Shown: piece by piece, positions 36,708 through 52,871 of the stretch | How the letters are laid out: every line of letters begins with the position of its first letter | How positions within the stretch are numbered: the stretch's first letter is position 1 | Assembly: GCA_040357565.1 (NCBI GenBank) | Contig: JBDODJ010000036.1 | Direction: 5' to 3' (one strand) | Source: Cercozoa sp. M6MM | Lineage: Eukaryota > Protista > Endomyxa: Ascetosporea | DNA length: 64,000 nt | Notes under the pieces: generated by a model | Database searches by the model: none | Seen by the model: the letters and a program-made list of their open reading frames with translations, nothing else | Told to the model about the DNA's origin: nothing | Position numbers and translations under genes: made by a program

Positions 36708-38664
36708 TTACAGGTCGAGGAGCAAGCGGCGCGGGTCCTCAACGGCGGCCTTAATGTCGCGCAGGAAGGTGACAGCCTCGCGGCCGTCGACGATGCGGTG
36801 GTCGTAGGTGAGTGCGATGTACATCATCGGGCGGATCTCAACCTCGCCCTGCGCACACCAATAGGTGATCATAGACAGACACCAGACACACAGAGACAGA
36901 GACAGAGACACAGGCAAAGCAAGGGGCCTACATTGACAGCCACGGGTCGCTGGAAGACGCCGTGCATGCCGAGAATGGCACTCTGCGGCTGGTTGATGAT
37001 GGGCGTGCCCATGAGCGAGCCGAACACGCCGCCGTTGCTGATCGTGAAGGTGCCGCCCGTCATGTCCTCGATGCCGAGGGCGCCGTCGCGAGCCATCGCG
37101 CCGTAGCGGGCAATGTTGGCCTCCACGTCGGCAAAGCTCATGGCCTACGCACAGGGGAGGCCGATAGATAGGTAGGTAGATGGGTAGGGAAGTAGATAGG
37201 TAGGTAGGGTGGGCGCCTACCTCGGTGTTGCGCAGCACAGGCACCACGAGACCGTTTGGCGACGCCACGGCCACCGAAATGTCGTTGTAGTCACGGTACA
37301 CGACATCTGATACACGGGAGGGGGATAGAGGAGGGGGAAGGCAGGGGGCAAGGCAGCACAGTACCCTTGCCGTCGATGATGGCATTGACGATGGGTTGTC
37401 GCTGCAGCGCGTACGTCGACGCCTTCACAAAGGCCGACATGAAGCCGAGCTTGACACCGTGCTCTGTAGAGAGGGGGACATTAGGGACAGATACATGCAT
37501 AGACACCAAACAACAAAACGAGTAGAACTGAGAGTACTCTCAAAGAACTCGTCCTTGTACTGCGAGCGCATGGCCATCAGGTTGCTCATGTCGATCTCGT
37601 TGAAGGTCGTGAGCGACGCCGCCTCGTTCTGCGACTCCTACTCATGCGCCCAGGAAGGGGGTAAAGGGGGGGTAAGGAGGGGGAGGGGGTAAACACGCAA
37701 ACCTTCAGGCGCTGAGCGATGCGCTGACGCATGCGCGACATCGGCACGCGGCGCTCCTCGCGCGACACGCCAGTCGACACTACAGGGGGGTAAGAGAGGG
37801 GTATGTTAAGACAGGAAGTAGGAACAGAGGTAGTGCTAGAGGAGCTACGTGTCGGGGCGTCCGGGATGGCCTGCTTGGGCGCAGCTGGCGTCGGCGCCGC
37901 CTTGGGCGTCTCAGGCGTCTTCTGCGGCGTCGCAGCGGCCTGCGGGGCCGGCGTGGCCACCTGGGAACACGGGGGGGGGGGGGGGGGAAAGGGGTATCTT
38001 GGGTAAAGGGGAGGCAACACACCTCCTCCTTGGGAGCATCGGCGCCCTCGGGCTTCTCGGCGGTCTCGTCGATCTCCATAAGGTCAGCGCCCACCTCGAT
38101 CTCGTCGTCCTCGCTCACGAACTTCTTCATGAGGATGCCTGCACAGACATAGACACATACACACAGGCACACATACAAACTAAACAAAGTGCTTTCAAAA
38201 AAAGGACAACACACCCGAGACAGGAGCACGCACGTCGATCGACAGCTTGTCGGACTCGATGACAGCCACAACGTCGTCCTCGTTGCACCTGTAGCATATC
38301 AAGTATACGTGCCCACATCTACACAGACACAGACACAGACAATACAGGCAGCACTACCAGTCACCTTCCTCACGCTGCCACGTGGACAGCACGCCCTCGG
38401 TGATGGAGTCGCCCATCGACGGCACCTGCACCATCAACTGGCGCATCGACAGCAGGCTCGGCTTGCGCTGCCCACGTGACACACACCGGAATAATAATAC
38501 CATCGCACATTGGCTGCCGGACTAGCGCGCATTCAGGCGCTGCAGTCTAACGTGCCACACGGCAGGTGCTCGAAAGCACGCCAAAACACGTCAAAAAGCC
38601 AGAAAGAAAAAAGAGTGCAACACACCGCGGCAGCCTGGCCCGCACGGGTGACAAACTTCAGCAT
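36708..38664 (-). CDS. DLST: Dihydrolipoyllysine-residue succinyltransferase (2-oxoglutarate dehydrogenase E2), mitochondrial
   Basis: [11 protein letters not shown], lipoyl site [101 protein letters not shown]; all introns GT-AG. Confidence 0.98.
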
Positions 38665-38876
38665 TTTATGCACGTCTCGGAATTCACGTCCAAGAGTCTG
38701 GCGGGGTGGGACGTTTCCGTGACGGGACGCGATGACGGCGTGCGTGGTCACGCAAATTTTGCTGGCTGGATTGCAGACTAAATGACTTTTAAAGGTGCTG
38801 AAATACTCAACCGGCCGGTCTCTCCAGCGTGTTTACTGTGCCCACGTGCGTGTCTGTATACAATAGACATAGCAGC
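38665..38876. promoter_or_regulatory. Compact bidirectional promoter (DLST / ZMAT2)
   Basis: 212 bp between divergent start codons. Confidence 0.65.
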
Positions 38877-40560
38877 ATGAGCAGATTCGCCAAAGACCCC
38901 GATAAGGGTATCGAGCGACGGTCGTGGAATGCCAGGGAGTACGCCAAGAAGGCACAAATCTGCTTGTGAAGCACTGTACTATCTTGCTGTGGATCATTAG
39001 TGATTTGTGGTTTTGAGCAGGCTCGTCAGCGACAGCAGATTGAAGCGCGTGAGCGCTTTGAGCGCGTAGCGTTCCTTGTCTGACTTGACTTGACTTGACT
39101 TGACTTTGACTGACCCCGGGGTGTGCAGGAAATGGCGCGTCTGCCGGGCCAGGCGACGACGGAACTGCGCGACGCGAGCGGACGTCGACACGTGCCGGAA
39201 CTGCATCGCAAGATCGGCACCACCCGGGCAGTGCGTTATTCCCCCAGTCTGTGGGGATTGCTGACGTGAGTGTGCATGTGCAGGTAAACCTCGGCAGTGA
39301 CGACAAGGCCGATCAAGGCGGTTTCTACTGCAAGGTAGGCTTGCCTACTTGTGCTGCCACAGGTTCCCTATTGTACACTCTGTTGTTTGTGTGTGCAGGT
39401 CTGTGATTACGTTGCGAAAGACTCCTTCACGTGGCTCGAGCATCAGGTATATCTGTGTGTCTGTGTCTGTGTCTGTGTCTGTGTGTCTGTGTCTGTGTCT
39501 GTGTCGGTGTGTACAGCCCAGTATGCCTGTGCTTGCAGAACTCGGTGCAACACCTGTCGAAAGCTGGCATTCAGTCGAAAGTTCCCGTTGCCACCACTGA
39601 CGAAGTAATCACATTATACCCCCTCCCCTCCCCTGTCCCTATCCCTATGTCATGCGGTGCTAGGTTCGAGAGAGACTGGCCAAACTGCGGCGACGCAAGA
39701 TGCAGCAGAAGCAGCGACGCAAAGGAGGTGACTACCCCTACCCCTGCCCCTGCCCCTGCCCCTACCCCTACCCCTACCCTCTTTACCTCTTTGCCTCTTT
39801 ACCTTTTTACCTCTTGTGCATCCCTCACAGGCATGGCCGTGGACAGCGACGACGAGGACGCGCAGCGAAAAGACGAGCGTCTGGCCGAGAAGCTCCGGTT
39901 GGCGCGTGAGAAGGAGGTACGTCTGTATCCCCCTCTATCCCCTACCCCTCACCCCACCCTCTTTACCCTTCGGGCAGGAGGAGAAGAGGCGGCGCAAGCA
40001 GCAGGACGAGTGGCGTCAGACGACTTTCGATTTGCAGCTGCAGCACGAGCAGGCACTCGAGCGGGCCGAAGAGGTGCTTCCCAACCCCTTTACCCCTGCC
40101 CTTCCCTTTACCCTTGCCCCCCATACACACAGGAAGGCGTATGGCACGGACCGGCGCCGCTGCCACCTAATGGAGCCGACTCGGATTACGTCGTGCCGCG
40201 TGTGCCGCCTGGCCTCGGTCTCGAGGGTACACACTGCCCTTTCCGATCTGTCCTTACCCCTCTACCCCCCCCCTCCCCGACAGACCCGTCGGACGAAATC
40301 AAGCAGCGGATAGCCGAGCGAAAGAAAGAGCGCAACCGAGTGCCAAATGATGTAGTGTTTCCTCCTTTGTTCCTTGTGTTCCTTGTGTGTTCTTAATCCC
40401 CCCCCCCCCCCCCGTGGTTATTGTACAGGAGACAGAAACGGCAGAGACTGCAGAAGAGGTGGAAACGACAACGTCAACAACGACGACTCAGTCTTCCGAA
40501 CAGTCATCGAAACAGAAGGAGCAGGAGCAACCACAGTCGCCGGGGGCAGAGGTGTCCCCT

Positions 40561-40627
<67 letters not shown>

Positions 40628-40725
40628 TAGTCAGTGATACACACAAGTTGTGTATGTAGGACGACGAGTCGATGATGATGGCGGCGCTCGGCTTTGCCTC
40701 CTTCGGCGGCAGTCGCAAGCAGTAG
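38877..40725 (+). CDS. ZMAT2: Zinc finger matrin-type protein 2 / Snu23 (spliceosomal B complex)
   Basis: RRSWNAREYAKKARQR, GGFYCKVCDYVAKDSFTWLEHQNSVQH, TTDEVRERL, C-terminal MMMAALGFASFGGSRKQ-TAG. Confidence 0.9.
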
Positions 40726-41013
40726 CTACAACGACCAGTTCGACGCGGCAGATCGAGATTTCAGCATGCGGGTCGATTCAATTCGAACTGCGCTGGGTCA
40801 TTCCGTTCGATTTCGTACTAACCATACTGGTTTTGATTGATCGTCCGCGCTGACGAGTAGTCAGATGACAACTTGACTGGTTGAGAAACGCTATGCCGTG
40901 CGGTAACGTAACATGAATCATCGCGACGCAACACTCCATGCACTCGACTCGAACTTATCGTATGCTACAACTTAAACGGACCCAAGAAGCGCGCGGCGTG
41001 GGCATGGCGGGGA

Positions 41014-41144
41014 TTACTGCGACTCGGTGGTCGACTCGGCGACCTCCATGCAGCCAAAGAGGAACTTGTAGTCGACTGTGTTTTCACAGAGAGCACGCAC
41101 ACACAACAACGTATTGGGAACAACAAAAGCAAGTGTGTGTGTGT

Positions 41145-41195
<51 letters not shown>

Positions 41196-41205
41196 NNNNN
41201 NNNNN

Positions 41206-41254
<49 letters not shown>

Positions 41255-41720
41255 GAGCACTGTCGCAGTTGCAGCCCGGCGAGGTGCAGGTGTGGCAAGT
41301 CATCTCCACCGAGATCTCGTTGTCGCTGGAGAACACCACGTCCTTGTTCTCGATGCAGCGACGCTGATCGAAGAGCTCGACCGTCTCGCCGACGCCGTTC
41401 TGCAAAAGCACCACAGGAAGTACACTCATGGTCAGAAACACTTGGGGCACAAGACTAACATAAAATTACCTTCAGCTCGACAGACACCTTGGTGACGCCG
41501 ACCTTGGCGTTCACGCGGTGCGCAAACGCGACCTCGGAGGGCTTGCAGCGACGCACCCACGCGAGCTTGGCGCCATCACCAAACAGGCGCTTCCTGCATC
41601 CCACAACCGGTTGTCAAGATCAGCAAACTGATCCAAAAACTCGAGATACGAGTCACAACCGTCGCACGAGCATCTGGCCGCAACGGCGGAGGCACCCAAC
41701 AGACCGAGCAGCAGCTTCAT
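41014..41720 (-). CDS. Small (~125 aa) secreted cysteine-rich orphan protein
   Basis: Four exons: MKLLLGLLGASAVAARCS|KRLFGDGAKLAWVRRC...VELK|NGVGETVELFDQRRC...MTCHTCTSPGCNCD|IDYKFLFGCMEVAESTTESQ-TAA; 8 Cys. Confidence 0.7.
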
Positions 41721-41994
41721 GCTTGTTGACTATTCCTTCACCCTGTGCCAGTACAAAACCGTGCATGCCGCATAAAACAAGAAGAAAGCTGTGAGCACAG
41801 AGATGCCAGCAAACACCTCTACTTTATGAGTAGATCACACTCACCTAGATGGATCGATTTGTGCAACAAAGGGCGGTGATGCGCTCGTCGACACTGTACA
41901 AATGGTCCACGTCATGGACAAGTTATTGACTCAGTTGGGCCCGTGGTGCTCGGTAGTGTGCATCTGTAGGCTCCAGCGTGTGTGCTTTCCGCGC

Positions 41995-46235
<4,241 letters not shown>

Positions 46236-46571
46236 CTCGACGGAGTCTACGTACACTGTCACATCGCGTCGGGGTCTGGGGCACTGACGCGTTGACGTGA
46301 AGCCCACTTTTTCGTTTGATGCGAGCTCTGACCCTGCTAATGGCGAGCCGAAGAACCAACTATCGTATGTACGTAGCCGTAGTTGGTTGACTGTATCACG
46401 CTGCGCTGCACGTCGGCCGCCGAGCATTGACTGCGGAGACCAGCTTGGAGCTGATTGAACGTCGCGTCCGGTCCGTCAAGCGCACGGTACGCGTAGTACG
46501 ATACGGTGTTAAAGTACGTATGTATACTAAGCAATACAAACCTCGGGTTATAACCAGGCGTCGGGTTGGAT

Positions 46572-47311
46572 TCAAGTGTTCTTCTTGACAGTGCGAGGAG
46601 TGCCGTTGGCGCTGCCGGCCTCGACACCAGCAGTGCCGGGCAGCAGTTTCGCCAGTTGCGCGAGCGTCGGCATCGGCACGAAGAAACTCGTGGTGCGGCG
46701 GTACTCGTCGTACGCCTGTACATAAGCACTCGGTCAGTAGGGTCAGTCAGCCAGTCAGGCACTCACTCAGGTCAAGCAATTTAGATAGAAGAAGAACACG
46801 TAAGCGTCCTACCTGTCGCCTGATACGCTTCTGCATCATGAAGTACTCGGTCAGGGGTCCTCTGGAGCATTAACATTCATGCGTATATCCAAACTAGGAT
46901 ACATATATAGTATTACATATATAGTATGCATAGATAGAAAAAGAGAGTACGAGCCGAACAGGAAGAGCAGAGTGAGCGCCAGTGGTCCCAGCAAGTAGTA
47001 GACAGAGGCGCCGATATTGTAGGCACACAGTAGACACATGCTCCACCAGAACAAGGCCTCGCCAAAGTCTGCGCTCGGCATACATTGTGTCTCATATGTC
47101 TTCATACCATCCATAGAGATCAGCAGTACAGTTGGGATGACGCGAGTACTTCCACAGACCTACTGGTAACGGATGAAAGGGGGCAAGGAGAGAGGCAAAA
47201 TGGCAGTGTACCCACTCGACACACGAGGCGCGGATTGCTGTTTTGCGCACTCCAGTTGCGCAGCGTGTTGTCGGCCTCCATCGAACTACTCGACAAAATT
47301 ACCTCCTTTCC

Positions 47312-47379
<68 letters not shown>

Positions 47380-49918
47380 TGTGTATGTGCGTATGTGTGT
47401 GTGTACATGAGAATGCCAGCGAGTGCGGCAGCAGCACTGGCGTAGTCGAAGAGCGACATGGACTGGTCGGGGTGCTGCACCAGGTAGGCCAGTGGCACGC
47501 ACATGCCGAACAGCAGACCGTGCTGATTGGCTAAACTCAAGACACGTCCACGAGGACTCACATACCATAATAAGAAAGCTCATGAGCACCAAAGGCGAGT
47601 GGCAGCTGTGCCAGCGCAAAGCAGCGCGGGCCCAGGAAGGTGCGAAAGCGCTGGAAGCGAAAGTCCTCGCGCGCACCGAGCAGAAACTGCTCGCGTCGCA
47701 GGTAGTTGTGCGTGAGTCGCGCACTCCACAGCAGCAGCAGCACCGTCGCCAACAGCACACGCACCGGTACTGCACACCATTCCTCACTCAGTGATCAACA
47801 CACACACACACAGGCACACAGGCACACAGGCACACACACAGGCACACAGGCACACACACACGCGCGCGCAGGAGTCTGAGGGGCAGGTACCACTGGGGAA
47901 CACGTGCAACTGCGACAGCGGGTGCCACACGCAGCACAGCAGTGAAAACAGCGGCGTCAGTGTCCAGTACAGATCGATGAGGAAGACGTTGCCGTGCAGT
48001 AGCGACAGGAGGTACAGCACACCGTCGATCAGCAGGCACGTGGCCAGGCACAGCGAGCGTGCCACGTCGCCCTCGTCTAGCGGGTGCCGGACGAGCCAAG
48101 CACTCGCAGCCAGCGACACTACCAGACACACGTACGCCGACGTCTGCGGGAGGAGGGGGGTAAGGATATTACTAGGAGCAGCAGGAGGAGGCAAGGGACC
48201 TTCTTCCAACCGTTGTAATTCGAGAGGTCCTGAAACTGCATGCGTCCACCTGCAAGATCCCGCAGAGGAGGAGTACAGCAGAAGCAAAAACAAAGGAGGT
48301 TTCTCCAAGTTGTGCAGAGAGACCTTGGGGTGCCGAACATTCGCGGAAGTGGCGCTGTCGGTCCGCCAGCATTTTCTCGGCCTAGGGGGTGGAGGTAAAA
48401 GTGGTGGTGAGGGGGGGGGGGGGGGGATAAATAATCGCCTACCATGCGATGGTATTTGTCACTGTCCGAACGCAGTGTAGCCAGCGAGGTTTCGCCCGTG
48501 TCACTGTCACTGATCGTGTCACTGTCAAAACCATTAACGATACCGTCAGTGTTGATACCGTCGGTATCATCATGCTTGCAGTCAGTGACACCGTCACAGT
48601 GACGGAACAAGGCCGTGCGCGAGGCGGCGCGCTCCAAGTCGCAGGCCAGTGCCAGAAGAAAATTGGCGCCCAGGCGCTCCGCCTCGTGCTCCACCGTCGC
48701 GAATCGGTCCGCGCGGATGTACCTTCAAATACGCCAAGTGACCCCATACCCCTCCCCACCATGACAGCCCTGACTGTACCTGTACTTTGGTCGCTGCAGT
48801 TGCCGCGCGACGTGCGGCAATTCGCGCAGGCGCCGTCGCGTGTCCTCCGCGCGGAAGCGCACCAGCATGACGGTGTGATTGTCGCGTGACCCGGCAGCGA
48901 TTGATCGCTCCACCAACCGTCGCACCGAGTCGCCGAAACCGTCGTCGGAAAGATCAAGGACGTTGTTTTGATCGTGCCTGTGTCGGGTCAGGAGTGATCG
49001 CAGCGACCGATCGAACCGTTCGTGACGGTGCAGCGACTCGTCCACGCGGAGCTGCGACGGTTGCAGCTGCTCGAGGAAACCGTCGCAGCCGATGAGGAGA
49101 CCCGTGAGACGCGGTAGCTCAGAGTCGGTACCGGCACCGTCGGTTTTGCCGTCCGTGGTGGAGTGATCAGTGGCGTGATCGGAGGAACCGTCACTGGGCT
49201 GATCGATCAGGTAGTGCGACACCGTCACCGTCGGCTCGGCCGAGACTTTGGTGAGACCGCTAGAGTGCGCCTGCTTGAACTCAAAGTCGCCGAGTGCGCG
49301 CGACACGGCCAGCACGCCGTCGACGCGGCCGTTGATGACCAGACCGCCTGCCGACTCTATCCTCTCCTTCTCTGTGTGTGTGTGTTCACATTGGGTGAGG
49401 GGGGACACAGGGAGGGGTAGAAGAAAAGAGGAGGCTAAGAGCTCACCTTCTTCGTCCTGCGGCTTGTGCGGCGGCGTCACCAGTCGCACGGACTCGCCGC
49501 CCGTCGCTTCGTTGCGCTGCAGCAGTGCCACGAAGCTGTCGCCCACTGCGGACACGCACTCACACATCTATGCCCTCGCCCTTGACTCCTCTGTTACCCC
49601 CGAACACAGGTACCATAGGCAATAACGACAGTGAGCTTGCGTTCGGTGCGTTTGAGTGCCACGATCACTGCCTACAGAGTGCTGACTTAACTGGCGACTC
49701 AAGGGCACATGTGGCAACTACTACCGTGCTGCCTCCGCGCTTACTGGGCGGACACGCGTGTCGAAAATCGTCATCCAGTGACAGGAACACCTGACAACAT
49801 GATGGCGTGCACACACACNNNNNNNNNNNNNNNNNNNNNNNNNNNNNNNNNNNNNNNNNNNNNNNNNNNNNNNNNNNNNNNNNNNNNNNNNNNNNNNNNN
49901 NNNNNNNNNNNNNNNNNN

Positions 49919-49961
<43 letters not shown>

Positions 49962-50601
49962 CAGACACAGACACACAGACACACAGACACACACAGACAC
50001 ATAGACACAGAGACACAGAAAAAAGAGACACAGAGACACAGAAAAAAGAGACACAGAGACACAGAGACAGACACAGAGACAGACACAGAGACAGACACAG
50101 TCACAGAAACACAGAGAGACAGACACACAGAGAGACAGAGACACGTACTCAGACATAAACACACACAGACACACGCACCTTGTTCCAGAACTCAGACTGC
50201 GTCAGTTCGAGACTTTCGTCACTTTCGGCGACTTGAGTCATCTTGGACACGAAATTGGCCGCCGCAAACTTCGCTGAGGCATCCAAAACAACACCAAACA
50301 TCGGCAGTGATGGTTACAAACTCAAGACAACACACTGAGACTGCAACGAATGGAGAAAACGGAGAAACATGACTACAGCAACTGTCGCCTGCGTGTCCAT
50401 CAAACACGCCCAGCACGCGCCAACCGCGGAACAGTGCGCAGATCGAAGTGTCTTCTTGTGAGGCACGCCAGCCCTAAATAGCAAACAAAGGAGGGGCATC
50501 GATACTAACTTTATAAGCAGAAAAGACCTGACAGCAAGAGGTACCTGGCATTCTGCCTCCGAGATGGAAAAGTCAGCATCGGTCAATTGGCGCAAGTGCA
50601 T
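46572..50601 (-). CDS. PP2C/PPM phosphatase fused in frame to a DUF1295 (steroid-5-alpha-reductase-like) membrane domain
   Basis: PP2C motifs [69 protein letters not shown]1295 motifs [63 protein letters not shown]. Ends KKNT-TGA. Confidence 0.8.
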
Positions 50602-50934
50602 GCTCCGCAACGCACGCGGCAGCTAAAAACCCCCACATGAAACAAACCAAGAAACGGCACGCTTGGGTTGTTACCAGGCCCCACATGACGTTTATGGCAC
50701 GCCGAAGAAGCAATAGAACAGTCTAAGTCCGTTAAAGCTGTTCTGGTGGGACTTTACGTGTTTGGGATCCAACTTCCGGCAGTACTCGGGAGCGTTTTTT
50801 ACCTGCCCGTCTCGCCGGCTGGCGAACTATGCAGCCTGGAGGATAGTGCTTAGAAGTAAATGTCCAAAACGGCAATTACAGCGCAGAAAACAGCCCGTAT
50901 GATCGGCGACAGATTCCTCCTTTACGCACCGTCG

Positions 50935-52719
50935 CTAGTGATCGGACGGTGCTGTGCCGTGCGCTCGCTGTTGGCGTTGCCTTGCAAGATCCGTCAGGTC
51001 AGCTTGTTGCCCGTGCCGGTGCTTCATCAGAGCTCCCTGAGCGGCGTCAAAGTCTAACAGCAAAACGTGCCACTCTCATTTTTCAACGTGGCAAAAAAAG
51101 GGTGGGATGGCGTCACATGGATGCAGTACACTCTTCAAGACGCTGCTGCAGGAGCGGACACTCGAGAGCGCCAAGTGCACGAGCCACAGCCTCAAAAGTC
51201 GACACTCTGACTCACAGATACTCAACATTATTTGTATGACTGACTGTGTTGGGAGTCGGTGTACCGGGTGTGATCCTTTTCGGCTCGCATGGCAAAGCGC
51301 GACACTGGTCCGTCACTCGGCAGCTTGACGCATGTGATCTCGCGGAGTACTTTATCTCGCTGTCGCACCTTCTGTGCATGTATATATATATACAACACAC
51401 ACCAATTTATACATACTGAAAGTTCCGATGCACCTTTGCCTGTCGCCAGGTGCCGTCCGGCACAACAAGGTCTATCCTGCGTCCCTGTATGAAACAGACA
51501 CAAGATGCGCATGTGCAGTTATTTCCACAACACCGGCAAAGTACCTGCGCCATATCATGAATGCGCTGGACACCTCGAGAGTCCAGTATGATGGCGTCCT
51601 CGGTGGGAAACAGCAACACCGGCATAAACTCGACGCTGTTACTGTCGGTGTCGTTGTCACTGCCTGTGTTGTCACTGTCGCTGTGTGGGCTGCCTAAACC
51701 GTAGAAACGACTCGGGTGCAGAGGTCGGTGCTGCAGTCCACGCAGCAGGTAGCGACACTGATCCGACAACGCTCGCTTCAGCAACGAAGCCGTATTGCTG
51801 GACACCACATAGGTTTTAGACCCCTGATCCGCGTGGTGTCAAGTACCTCGCAAGATGAAGTTCACGGTTGTGCACAAGGAGAGTGACACGTGTTTTGGAC
51901 GATAAATGTTTCGGTGTTGCGTCGCAGTAGCAGACCTATGCAAGAAACACTTCAAACTTCCAGAGCGAAGAGGTGAAGGGGGCACCTGTCTGTAGACGCG
52001 GCATGCAGGGCACTGTGGGTGGTTCTTTAATTCCTCTGTACAAATACACAAAGTGCAGAAGCTATCGTATCAGACTAAAGCGCGTACCAGGAGGCGGCCC
52101 AATGCGGTAAAAACAGTGCGCATCACACACATACTTGACGACGAGATCGACGTGCTCGGCATTCGATATCGCGCCTCGTCGACACACGCTACCCACGGGG
52201 TTGAGTGAAGTAGTAGCCCTGTGCAAAGAGATAAACTCAAGTTACAGTTCAAGAGCGAGGCACGTCAACTCGCGCAACTCCTCTGACGGAAGCTCTCGCA
52301 CCTGCGTGACTTCGCCTCTACAAAAAAAGTGTCAGAAGAACAAAATGAATGCATAGTGGAAGGCAAGAAGGGCACAATCTACTTATAGGAGACTGTCAGG
52401 TCCGACTGCAGCAGCAAATTTTCCGAACACGTAGCGAGCTGCACAAAGAAGTATTAGTCATCGACATCGCAGCGATACAGAGAAAGCCACCGTCAGGCCT
52501 GACACTGAGTTCTCGAACTTCCTGCCATGAACCGCATGCTTGCCCAGAAACACATTTGTCTCCGTCGGTATCGCACCGGGTTTTGTGAGCTCCGTTTGTA
52601 ACTACATCAAGCAGCAAACACGTGAAATAAATATTCCTTGGCTGCAGGTGCCGTACAAAATCCGAGATCGATTGGACAGAATCCGCACTAAAAACACGCG
52701 GGAGCGCAACCACAGTCAT
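50935..52719 (-). CDS. DTW-domain protein (tRNA-uridine aminocarboxypropyltransferase, DTWD2/TapT-like) with N-terminal extension
   Basis: CPAC zinc knuckle, SSNTASLL, VLLFPTEDA, LVVPDGTWRQAK, RVSTFEAVARALGALE; TAG at 50935. Confidence 0.8.
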
Positions 52720-52871
52720 TTTCGCGGTAAGCCCACACAACAACAGCCTATCCCGCAGGGCAAATGCCTGGCCGGTGCTTGTTAAAGGGGCAAGCTGAGA
52801 CTAAAAAACGATCGTCACTGCACAGAAGCGTTTACAAAGACTGCTTAGTGCGCGATTATGTTGAATTTAGC

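Noticed and set aside
51374-51697. Plus-strand ORF ending in a hydrophobic tail (apparent tail-anchored protein)
   Set aside because: It is antisense to the DTW gene; the hydrophobic run mirrors an Asp/Ser/Asn/Thr-rich linker on the coding strand.
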